This document shows, one piece after another, positions 8,279-17,100 of a stretch of DNA of 64,000 nt. The notes under the pieces are model-generated. The model worked only from the letters and a program-made list of their open reading frames with translations. It was not told where the DNA came from and did no database searches. The stretch lies in the NCBI GenBank assembly GCA_963697585.1, contig CAVOOO010000009.1, positions 599,295 through 663,294 of the forward strand. The letters run 5' to 3'. The first letter of the stretch is position 1. Every line of letters begins with the position of its first letter. Origin of the DNA: an uncultured Chloroflexia bacterium. Lineage in GTDB: Bacteria; Chloroflexota; Dormibacteria; Aeolococcales; Aeolococcaceae. The position numbers and the translations under genes were made by a program.

Positions 8279-9432
8279 CAGGCCGACGCCGCCTCCACCA
8301 CCCCGCCGCCCAGGACCTCGTCGCCCCGGTAGAGCACCACCGACTGGCCCGGGGAGACCTGCCCGACCGGCTCCGGGAAGCGAAGCTCGACCGAGCGGCC
8401 GCCCGCGCCGATGACCTCGGCCGGGTGGGCCCGGCCGTGAGCCCGGAGCTGAGCCTCGACCCGGCCGCCGCCCTCCGGGGGACGGCCACTCACCCAGCGG
8501 CAGTCGCCCGCGGTCAACCGGCGCCGCCCGAGCTCGCCGGCGGGGCCGACCACCACCCGGTTGGCGGCGGCGTCGAGCTCCAGGACGTAGAGGGGGACGG
8601 CGTCGGGTCGGTCGGGGGCTATCCCCAGCCGTCCCCGCTGCCCGACGGTGTAGAAGGGCAGGCCCCGGTGCTCGCCGAGCACGCGTCCCGCGCCATCGAC
8701 GATCGGCCCCGGCTGGAACCGACCGGCAAGGCGCCGGCTCAGGTCACCGGCGAGATCGTCTCCGACGAAGCAGAGCTCCTGGGAGTCCGGCTTGGCGGCG
8801 GTGCCCAGTCCGAGGGCGGCCGCCTCGGCGCGCACGTCGGCCTTGCGGCCCACGTCGCCGAGAGGCAGGAGCGCGGCGCCGAGCTGGGCCTGGTCGAGGC
8901 GGTGGAGGGTGTAGGACTGGTCCTTGCCCACCTCGGAGGCACGGTGGAGCGTCCAGCTCTCCGCGCGCCGTCCGATCCGGGCGTAATGGCCGGTGGCAAC
9001 GTGGGTGGCGCCGATGGCCCGGGCGCGCGCGAGGAGCACGCCGAACTTGACCCGCTGGTTGCAGCGCACGCAGGGGTTGGGCGTCCGGCCGGAAGCGTAG
9101 TCGTCCTCGAAGCCGGTGATGACCTCGGCGGCGAACTCGCCCTCGAGATTCCAGGTCAGGTGGCGGATGCCCAGCCGGTCGGCGACCCGCCGCGCGTCCT
9201 CGACGGCGTCGACGGAGCAGCACCCCCGGTCGCGGACCTGCTCGCGGTCACCGGCCCACATCGCCAGGGTCACCCCCCAGGTCGTCACGCCCCGGGCCAC
9301 GCAGCGGGCCGCGGCCACGCTGCTGTCCACCCCACCGGACATCGCCACCGCGACCACGGCTCCCCGGGGCAGCAGGTCGAAGGGGTCGGCGGGCACGACC
9401 GGGGCGGGGGCCTCGAGGGTGGCGACGGTCAT
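8278..9432 (-). CDS. mnmA: tRNA-specific 2-thiouridylase MnmA (CxxC variant)
   Basis: From ATG 9432: PP-loop VAMSGGVDSSV, GRTPNPCVRCNQRVKF, GHYAR, KDQSY, DSQELCF. The upstream part of ORF 8278..10197 is read-through. Confidence 0.92.
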   Translation of the reverse strand: MTVATLEAPAPVVPADPFDLLPRGAVVAVAMSGGVDSSVAAARCVARGVTTWGVTLAMWAGDREQVRDRGCCSVDAVEDARRVADRLGIRHLTWNLEGEFAAEVITGFEDDYASGRTPNPCVRCNQRVKFGVLLARARAIGATHVATGHYARIGRRAESWTLHRASEVGKDQSYTLHRLDQAQLGAALLPLGDVGRKADVRAEAAALGLGTAAKPDSQELCFVGDDLAGDLSRRLAGRFQPGPIVDGAGRVLGEHRGLPFYTVGQRGRLGIAPDRPDAVPLYVLELDAAANRVVVGPAGELGRRRLTAGDCRWVSGRPPEGGGRVEAQLRAHGRAHPAEVIGAGGRSVELRFPEPVGQVSPGQSVVLYRGDEVLGGGVVEAASA

Positions 9433-9611
9433 CCCCGAAGCGTACGCGAGTTTGGTGCGGGGTCTCCGGCCGCCCCACGCCCACGGTGAATTGCGATCGA
9501 GGGCCACCTGGGGGTTTGCCGGCAACTCCCGCGGCCACCCCCGCCCGTGGCCGAGAGCACCCGCCGGCCGCCGGCGCCGGACCGAGCCCGGGCTCAGCCG
9601 CCGATGGAGAC

Positions 9612-9887
9612 TCAGCCGCCGGCGACGGCCGGGACGATGGAGATGTCGTCGCCCGCCGCGACCGGGGTGTCGAGCCCGCCGCCGAATCGGATGTCGGCGT
9701 CGTTGACGTAGATGTTGATGAACTGGCGGAGCTTGCCTCCGTCGTCGTAGAGGCGGTCCCGGAAGCCGGGGAACCGGACCTCGAGATCGGCCAGGGCGGC
9801 GGCGACGGTGCCGCCCTCGACCTCGACCTGGGAGCTGCCCGCGGTGAGCCGGCGCAGCGGACCGGGGACCCGAACGTTCACTGGCAT
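9612..9887 (-). CDS. MoaD/ThiS-family ubiquitin-like sulfur carrier protein (CysO/TtuB-like), C-terminal GG
   Basis: 91 aa ending ...FINIYVNDADIRFGGGLDTPVAAGDDISIVPAVAGG. This is nearly colinear with M. tuberculosis CysO ...[36 protein letters not shown] (from memory). Confidence 0.85.
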   Translation of the reverse strand: MPVNVRVPGPLRRLTAGSSQVEVEGGTVAAALADLEVRFPGFRDRLYDDGGKLRQFINIYVNDADIRFGGGLDTPVAAGDDISIVPAVAGG

Positions 9888-9953
9888 GGGCTGGAGTATA
9901 GGGACGGGGCCCGGACGCGGGACCGCCGCCGGCGCGCCGCGGCTCGGCTCGGC

Positions 9954-10781
9954 TCAGCCGCTCCGCGCCCGCAGCGAGAACATGAGGGGGATCGGATCCC
10001 CGGGTATTCTCCACCACCGGCCGTGGCGGGTCATGAAGGGAAAGCGCCGCCAGACGTCCACCGCGAACTCGTGGAGGAACTCGATCTCGAGGCCCGCGTT
10101 GCGGGCCGCCTGCACGATCTCGCCGAGCGGGTGCATCCACTGATAGCTGACCGGGTCGGGGAGCTCGGCCTCGGGATCCGCGTAGGTGCCGGCCCACTCC
10201 GAGCGCTGCGCCTGCCGCCGGAAGTAGTGCTGCCCCGGGTGCACGCGCAGGCCGGTGACCAACGGGTCATCGTTGTCGAATACCGCGGCCAGCGGATGGC
10301 CGTCCAGAACGTAGAGAAAGCCGCCCGGCTTGAGGTGGCGGGCGGCGGCGGCGACCCAGGCGGGCAGGTCCGGTGCCCAGCAGAGCGCGCCATGGGAGGC
10401 GAGGACCACGTCGTAGCGCCGAGGGAGGTGGAGCGCGGTGACCTCGGACTCGACGAACTCGGCGTCCACCCTCAGCCGCGCCGCCAGCGCGCGACCGGCC
10501 CGGAGCGCGGCCGGTGAGAAGTCGACACCGGTCACCCGAGCCCCCAGCAGCGCCCACGAGAGCGTGTCGGTGCCGATGTGGCACTGGAGGTGCAGCAGGT
10601 CCTTGCCGGCGACGTCCCCGACCTCCGCGAGGGTGATCGGATCGAGGCGCGGACGCCGCGACCGGACCAGGCCCTCGACGTCGTAGAAGGCGGAGGCGAC
10701 GTGATTGTCGACCCGCGCCTCCCAGTTCCTCAGGTTGGCCGCGAGCTGGGATGCCTCGCGGGGCCGCCTGTGCTCACCCAC
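9954..10781 (-). CDS. Class I SAM-dependent methyltransferase
   Basis: Motif I region DLLHLQCHIGTDTLSWALLGARVTGVDFSPAAL, later LKPGGFLYVLDGHP. Start chosen at GTG 10781 (VGEHRRPREASQLAANLRNWE...). The ORF extends to 10889. Confidence 0.8.
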   Translation of the reverse strand: MGEHRRPREASQLAANLRNWEARVDNHVASAFYDVEGLVRSRRPRLDPITLAEVGDVAGKDLLHLQCHIGTDTLSWALLGARVTGVDFSPAALRAGRALAARLRVDAEFVESEVTALHLPRRYDVVLASHGALCWAPDLPAWVAAAARHLKPGGFLYVLDGHPLAAVFDNDDPLVTGLRVHPGQHYFRRQAQRSEWAGTYADPEAELPDPVSYQWMHPLGEIVQAARNAGLEIEFLHEFAVDVWRRFPFMTRHGRWWRIPGDPIPLMFSLRARSG

Positions 10782-10973
10782 TCTCTCTCCCTCCGGGCCC
10801 TTGGGCTGGAACCGTCCCGAGCCCCGGCGACCCGCCCCCCCGGGCCGCCATTCCCGCCCCGGGCCGCCATCTCCGCCGCGGGGCGCCATCCTCGCCGCCG
10901 GCGTGTCGTCGCTGTGGGGCGCCGTCCCCGCCGGGCGTCCTCCGCGCTCCGAGACGTCGTCCCCGCCGCGGGC

Positions 10974-11666
10974 TCAGGGTGCGGGCGGCAGGTCCACGAC
11001 CAGCGGGCTCCGCTCCGCCCGCGCGGGGGCGCCCGCCACCAGGTCGTCGTAGCAGAGCTGGGACCACGACTCCATGCTGAGGTAGTAGCGGCGCATCGCC
11101 TCCAGGGTCATGATCTCGCCCTCGAGCTTGTGGGTCTCCCGCACCGAGACCGGGCCCGCCTCGGGCTCCACCAGGAAGACCAGGCCGAGGTGGACGCGCC
11201 CCACCGGTGTCGAGTCCTCGTTGAGCAGGGCGACCAGCCGTGCCGTCGCCGGCGACGCGCAGACGATCTCCTCCTGCCACTCGCGCATCAGGCCACCCAC
11301 CACCGGGTCGAAGCGCTCGCCGTCCCCCGGGTTCACGTGCCCGCCCACCCCCAGTGAGTAGAGGTTGTGGAGCCGCCGCTCGCTGGAGTGGCGGAGCCGC
11401 CGGGTGATCAGGTAGGTGTCGTCGTCGGGACAGTGGACGATGCAGTAGGGGATCACCTGCTGCTGGGTGGGGTCGTCCTCCACCAGATGCCGCGGCCGGT
11501 ACTCGCTGCAGGCCCGGATGGTCCGGAGCACCCGCTCCAGCCCGCGGGTGACCAGGCCGTGCCAGACGTTGCCCGGGAAGATCGTCGTCCGGGGGATGCA
11601 GAGGACGTCCTCGTCCACGTGCGCGCGCGCAACTCCGAGCGTGGCGGCAGGCGACGAAACGCTCAT
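10974..11666 (-). CDS. NUDIX-like hydrolase family protein
   Basis: From ATG 11666. Nudix-box-like GVGGHVNPGDGERFDPVVGGLMREWQEEI (Gx5Ex7REUxEExGU pattern). Confidence 0.65.
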   Translation of the reverse strand: MSVSSPAATLGVARAHVDEDVLCIPRTTIFPGNVWHGLVTRGLERVLRTIRACSEYRPRHLVEDDPTQQQVIPYCIVHCPDDDTYLITRRLRHSSERRLHNLYSLGVGGHVNPGDGERFDPVVGGLMREWQEEIVCASPATARLVALLNEDSTPVGRVHLGLVFLVEPEAGPVSVRETHKLEGEIMTLEAMRRYYLSMESWSQLCYDDLVAGAPARAERSPLVVDLPPAP

Positions 11667-11733
11667 GCCCTCCTCCGTGTCGTGGGCCCCAGGTGCTCGC
11701 AACGGTACACCGTCGGGGGGCTCGGGCACAGCG

Positions 11734-12363
11734 TCAGGACTCGGCCCGGACCGGGTTGCGGAGGACCCCGATCCCCTCGATCTCCACCTCCACGACGTCA
11801 CCGTCGCGCAGCGGTCCCACCCCCGCCGGGGTCCCGGTGAAGATCGCGTCACCCGGCTCCAGGGTCATGCAGGCGCTGATGTGGGCAAGCAGCGCCCCGA
11901 CCCCGACCACCATCTCGCGGCTGCTGGCGCGCTGGCGGACCTCGCCGTTGACCCGGGTGACGATGAGGGCGTCCGACGGGTCGAGGGCGACCACGCGGGG
12001 CCCCAGGGCGCAGAAGGTGTCGAACCCCTTGGCCCGGGTCCACTGCTCCTCGGCGGCCTGGATCTCCCGGGCGGTCACATCGTTGCCGCAGGTGTAGCCC
12101 CGGACCCCCTCCAGGGCGGCCGCGGGGGTGGCGTGGCGGAGGCGAGTGCCGACGATGGCGACCAATTCACCCTCGTAGTCGATCCGGGAGAGACCGGCCG
12201 GCAGCCGCGGGAGCACGATGGCGTCGCCATCCCCGATCACCGATGACGGGGGCTTGAGGAAGAGGAGCGGGTCGCGCGCGAGGGCGTGGCCCAGCTCGTC
12301 GGCGTGCTCGCGGTAGTTTCGACCGACGCAGACGATCTTGCCGGGACGCTCCCCGACGCCCAT
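11734..12363 (-). CDS. Fumarylacetoacetate hydrolase (FAH) family protein
   Basis: KIVCVGRNYREHADE, LFLKPPSSV, IDYEGELVAIVG, GYTCGNDVTARE, EPGDAIFTGTPAGVG. Start at ATG 12363 is approximate. Confidence 0.88.
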   Translation of the reverse strand: MGVGERPGKIVCVGRNYREHADELGHALARDPLLFLKPPSSVIGDGDAIVLPRLPAGLSRIDYEGELVAIVGTRLRHATPAAALEGVRGYTCGNDVTAREIQAAEEQWTRAKGFDTFCALGPRVVALDPSDALIVTRVNGEVRQRASSREMVVGVGALLAHISACMTLEPGDAIFTGTPAGVGPLRDGDVVEVEIEGIGVLRNPVRAES

Positions 12364-12460
12364 TCCCCAGGCGACCTCCGTGCTCTGGCGCGTCTCCGGA
12401 TTGTTCCATCCGCGAGGGTTCCGGCGGAGCCGCGGCGGCCGCGATAGAATCCGCGCCGTC

Positions 12461-13135
12461 TTGATCCCCCGGGGTGCCCGAGCCTGGCGACTGGCGGCGA
12501 TCGCCGCCCTGGCCGGCGCGACGCTCGGGTGCGGCTCGCCGTCCGGCCCCACCCCCACCGTCTCCGCGGCGCCCACCAACCCGGTGTCCCCCATTTCATC
12601 CGAACCCCCATCGGCGCCGGCGATGCCCACCGTCTCCCCGGAGTCGACCCCGACCGCATCGCCCGCCCCGGCCTCGACCGGCCTCGACCCGACCCAGCCC
12701 GATCAGGTGGCACTGGCGCTGTACGCGGGCGGCGGCACGCCGGCGACGGGACGCCTCGACTGCCTGACCACCACCGCCTCGTGCCCGCTGACGACCCGGC
12801 TGACCGAGCGTCTCCCGGCGTTCCCCGATGCGAGCCAGGCCCACAACGCGGGAGGCGGCGGCTCGGATCCCTTCTGCCGCGGCTGCCAGGTGCCCTTTGC
12901 GAACCTCACGGTCAGCGGCTCGACCGCGGACCCGACCGGCGCCATCGTCTATGTTGTGCTGACAGACGGAGGCACGACGATCCCCCTGGCCATCATCGAG
13001 GTCCAGGAGGAGGGCGGAGGCTACCTGGTGGACGATGTCGACTGCGTGAGCGGTGGGGAGCCCGATCTCTCCACCTCGCTCTACGCGATCACCGACACCG
13101 ATGACACCGGCTGCCCCGCCGCGGACGCCGGGTAG
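12461..13135 (+). CDS. Putative lipoprotein with Pro/Thr/Ser-rich linker
   Basis: TTG 12461 gives LIPRGARAWRLAAIAALAGATLGC (signal peptide plus lipobox L-G-C). The ATG at 12338 would overlap the FAH gene. Confidence 0.6.
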   Translation: MIPRGARAWRLAAIAALAGATLGCGSPSGPTPTVSAAPTNPVSPISSEPPSAPAMPTVSPESTPTASPAPASTGLDPTQPDQVALALYAGGGTPATGRLDCLTTTASCPLTTRLTERLPAFPDASQAHNAGGGGSDPFCRGCQVPFANLTVSGSTADPTGAIVYVVLTDGGTTIPLAIIEVQEEGGGYLVDDVDCVSGGEPDLSTSLYAITDTDDTGCPAADAG

Positions 13136-13165
13136 CCGGGTCCGGCGGGAGCGGAGCGGGGGGTC

Positions 13166-14044
13166 ATGCCCGAGCTGCCCGAGGTCCAGGCGCTCGCCGA
13201 GAACCTCGACCGCCGCCTCCGGGGGCGGTGCATCACCTCGCTGACGGTCGCGTCCATCGCCGCCCTCAAGACGTACGACCCACCGGTCACGGCGCTCGCC
13301 GGTCGCACGGTCGCCGGGGTGGGCCGCCATGGCAAGTTCCTCGACCTCGAGGCGGCCGCCCCCGGTGGCACCGGGCCCTCCCTCCACCTGGTCGCCCACC
13401 TCAGCCGGGGAGGTTGGGTCCGCTGGCGGGAGAACGCCTCCGACACCCGCCTGGCCCAGCGCGGGCCGCTGGCGGCCCGGCTCCGCTTCGACGACGGGAC
13501 CGGCCTCGACCTCACCGAGCAGGGAACCGAGAAGCGGCTGGCCATCTACGTGGTCCGCGATCCGGTCGACGTGCCCGGCGTGAGCCGGCTGGGGGTGGAC
13601 GCCCTTGACCCGGCATTGGACCGTGGGCGGCTCGCGGACCTGCTGCGAGGTCGCCCGGGGACGCTCAAGAACGCGCTCGCCGACCAGGGTGTCATCGCCG
13701 GAGTGGGCAACGCCTACTCCGACGAGATCCTGCATGCCGCCCGCCTCTCCCCCTTCGCCCGGGCCGACCGGCTCGACGACGAGTCGCTGGCCCGGCTGCT
13801 GACCGCGCTCCGCGAGACACTCGGCGCGGCCCTGGAACAGGCGCGCGCCCTGGACATCGGCGGTCTCAAGGAGGGCAAGCGCGCCGGCATGCGGGTCCAC
13901 GGCCGCACCGGGGAGCCCTGCCCCGTCTGCGGCGACACGGTGCGCGAGGTGTCGCTGGCGTCGCGCTCCTTCCAGTACTGCCCGGGGTGCCAGACCGGGG
14001 GCCGGATCTACGCCGACCGGCGGATGTCCCGCCTGCTCCGCTGA
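13166..14044 (+). CDS. Fpg/Nei family DNA glycosylase/AP lyase
   Basis: N-terminal MPELPEV catalytic motif, HGKFL, H2TH region, C-terminal zinc finger CPVCG...CPGCQ. Confidence 0.9.
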   Translation: MPELPEVQALAENLDRRLRGRCITSLTVASIAALKTYDPPVTALAGRTVAGVGRHGKFLDLEAAAPGGTGPSLHLVAHLSRGGWVRWRENASDTRLAQRGPLAARLRFDDGTGLDLTEQGTEKRLAIYVVRDPVDVPGVSRLGVDALDPALDRGRLADLLRGRPGTLKNALADQGVIAGVGNAYSDEILHAARLSPFARADRLDDESLARLLTALRETLGAALEQARALDIGGLKEGKRAGMRVHGRTGEPCPVCGDTVREVSLASRSFQYCPGCQTGGRIYADRRMSRLLR

Positions 14045-14105
14045 CCGGGTCCGAGGCCTTTCCGGGTGCGGCGCTCCGCCGGGCGCCCGGTGCTACCTTG
14101 ACTCG

Positions 14106-17100
14106 ATGAGCCTCCTCCATCCCGCGGTGCGGGCGTGGTTCGACGCGCGGTTCCCGGAGGGCCCCACCCCGGCACAGGCGGAGGGCTGGCCGCACATCGC
14201 GGCCCGCGAGTCGACCCTGATCGCCGCCCCCACCGGCTCGGGGAAGACGCTGGCCGGCTTCCTCACCGCGATCGACGAGCTGTACGTCGCCGCCGCGGCT
14301 GGGGAGGTCGTCGAGGGGGCCACCCAGGTGGTCTACGTCTCCCCGCTCAAGGCGCTGGCCGTCGACGTCCACCAGAACCTCGAGGTGCCGCTCCGGGAGA
14401 TCGCCGGGGTCGCGGCGTCGCTGGGGATGGCGGCGCCCGCGCTGCGGGTCGAGGTCCGCACCGGTGACACCCCGCCCTCAGCGCGGGCGGCGATGGCGCG
14501 GCGCCCGCCCAACTTCCTGGTCACCACCCCGGAGTCCCTCTACCTGCTGGTGACCGCCGCGGGCAGCCGCGCCACCCTCGGCGGGGTGCGCACGGTCATC
14601 GTCGACGAGATCCACGCGGTGGCCCGCGACAAGCGCGGGTCCCACCTGGCGGTGACCCTGGAGCGGCTCCAAGCCCTCTGCGCCCAGCCGCCGGTGCGGG
14701 TCGGGCTCTCGGCCACCCAGCGCCCCATCGAGACCATCGCCCGGCTGCTGGTGGGCGCCGGGCCGGACCGCGAGGACGCCCTGGGGCGGCCCCGCTGCGC
14801 CATCGTCGACACCGGCCACCAGCGGGCCCTCGACATCGCCATCGAGCTCCCCGAGGAGGAGCTCGGCGCGGTCGCCAGCCGGGAGCAGCTCGACGACATC
14901 GTCGGGCGCATCGCCACCCAGGTGGCGGCGCACCGCACCACGCTGGTCTTCGTCAACACCCGCCGGATGTCCGAGCGGATCGCCCACCTGCTGGCCGTAC
15001 GGCTCGGCGACGACGCGGTGATGGCTCACCACGGCAGCCTCTCCCGGGAGCGCCGCAGCCTGGTCGAATCGCGGCTGCGGGCCGGCGAGCTGCGCGCCCT
15101 GGTGGCCACCGCGTCGCTGGAGCTGGGCATCGACATCGGGCCCGTCGACATGGTCTGCCAGATCGCCTCGCCGCGCAGCCTGGCCACCTTCCTGCAGCGG
15201 GTGGGCCGTTCCGGGCACCGGCAGGGTGCCATCCCCACGGGCCGCCTCTTCCCGATGACCCGCGACGACCTCGTGGAGTGCTGCGCGCTCCTCGCCGGGG
15301 TCCGCGCGGGCCGGCTGGACGCCATCGAGCCGCCGGTCGCGCCGCTCGACATCCTCGCCCAGCAACTGGTCGCCGAGTGCGCGGCGCGCTCGCCCGCGGG
15401 GGCGAGTCTGACGGCGCCTGCCGGCCGGCCTGAGCGACAGCCGGCCCCGTGCGCTGGAGGAGACGATGCCATCGCCGACCCCGGGGTGGCGGAGGACGAC
15501 CTCTATCACCTGGTCCGGCGGGCGGCGCCCTTCGCCGGCCTGGCCCGGGCGGACTTTGACGAGGTGGTGGAGCTGGTCTCCTCCGGGGTCGCCACCGGGC
15601 GGGGCACCGCCGGCGCCTACCTCCACCGGGATCGGGTCCACCACCGGCTCCGCGCCCGGCGGGGCGCCCGGCTGGCCGCGCTCACCTCCGGGGGTGCGAT
15701 CCCCGAGAGCGGCGACTACCGCGTGGTCGCCGAGCCCGACGACACGGTCGTTGGCAGCGTCAACGAGGACTGGGCGATCGAGTCGATGGCCGGCGACGTC
15801 TTCCTGCTCGGCAGCACCTCGTGGCGGATCACCCGGGTGACCGGCGGCACGGTGCGGGTGGTCGACGCGCAGGGGGTGCCGCCCTCGGTGCCCTTCTGGC
15901 TGGGGGAGGCTCCAGGGCGCACGCGCGAGCTCTCCGAGGAGGTGTCGGACCTCCGCGCCGGGGTCGACGCGGCGCTCTCACGAGGGGATCCGGAGGCCGC
16001 GGTGGCCGGGGTGGTCGCCCGCTGCGGGGTCACCGAGGAGGTGGCCGCGCAGGCGGTCGCGTACCTGGCCGCGGGCCGGGCCGCGCTCGGTCTGCTGCCC
16101 ACCCGGGACCGGATCGTCCTGGAGCGCTGCTTCGACGAGTTGGGCGGCACCCAGATCGTGGTCCACGCGCCCTTCGGGGCACGGCTCAATCGCGGCCTCG
16201 GACTGGCGCTGCGCAAGCGCTTCTGCGCGACCTTCGACTTCGAGCTCCAGGCGGCGGCCAGCGACGACGCGGTGCTGCTCTCGCTCGGGCCCCAGCACAG
16301 CCTGCCGCTCGAGGACGTCCCCCGGTTCCTGGCCTCGGCGACGGTCGAGGAGGTGCTGCGCCGCGCGGTGATCTTCTCCCCGATGTTCCCGGTGCGCTGG
16401 CGCTGGACGCTCACCCGGTCGCTGACGGTGCTGCGCTTCCGGGGCGGCCGCCGCAACCCCGCCCCCCTGCAGCGGCTCCAGTCCGACGACGTCATGGCGG
16501 CGATCTTCCCGGCGCTGGTCGCCTGCCAGAACGAGAACCCCACCGGGCCGGTCGAGCCACCGGACCACCCGCTGGTGCGGCAGACCATGCACGACTGCCT
16601 TCACGAGGCGATGGATGTGGACTCCCTCCGCACCCTGGTGGCCGAGATCGAGGGCGGCGCGATCTCGGTCACCTGCCGGGACACCACCGAGCCGTCGGTG
16701 CTGGCCCACGAGATCCTCAACGGCCACCCCTACACGTTCCTGGACGACGCCCCGCTCGAGGAGCGGCGGAGCCGTGCGGTCCCGCTGCGGCGCGGGCTCT
16801 CCATCGACCCGCGCGACCTGGCCGCCCTCGACCCCGCCGCCATCGCCCGGGTCCGCGACGAGGCCGCCGCCGACCCGCGCGACCCGGAGGAGTTGCACGA
16901 CCTGCTGCTGGCCCTGGTGGTGGCCCGGCCGCGCGCCGCCTGGCGGGGGTGGTTCGAGGCGCTGAGGGCGGCCGGCCGGGCCATCACCGTGAACGCGGCG
17001 GGCGCAGCCCTCTGGTGCGCGGTCGAGTCCCGGTGCCTGGTCGAGATCATGCTGCCCGCGGCGGCCTTCGACCCCGACCTGCAGCCACCGCCCGGCAGCG

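Noticed and set aside
8278-10197. N-terminal extensions of fused track ORFs (8278..10197, 20615..22480, 21802..23634, 26386..28431, 26503..28476, 30859..32016, 37295..38719, 53969..57073, 53993..56719)
   Set aside because: Homology begins at internal starts that often overlap the upstream gene's stop (ATGA/GTGA). The upstream parts overlap other real genes or are Arg/Pro-rich read-through caused by the scarcity of stop codons.
12338-12460. ATG 12338 as the start of the lipoprotein gene
   Set aside because: It would overlap the 5' end of the convergent/divergent FAH gene by 26 nt and add 40 non-signal residues. TTG 12461 places a canonical signal peptide and lipobox at the N-terminus.
12596-13900. 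434-aa minus-strand ORF across the lipoprotein and Fpg/Nei genes
   Set aside because: It is antisense to two genes with strong signatures (lipobox, PELPEV/zinc finger) and has no motifs of its own.
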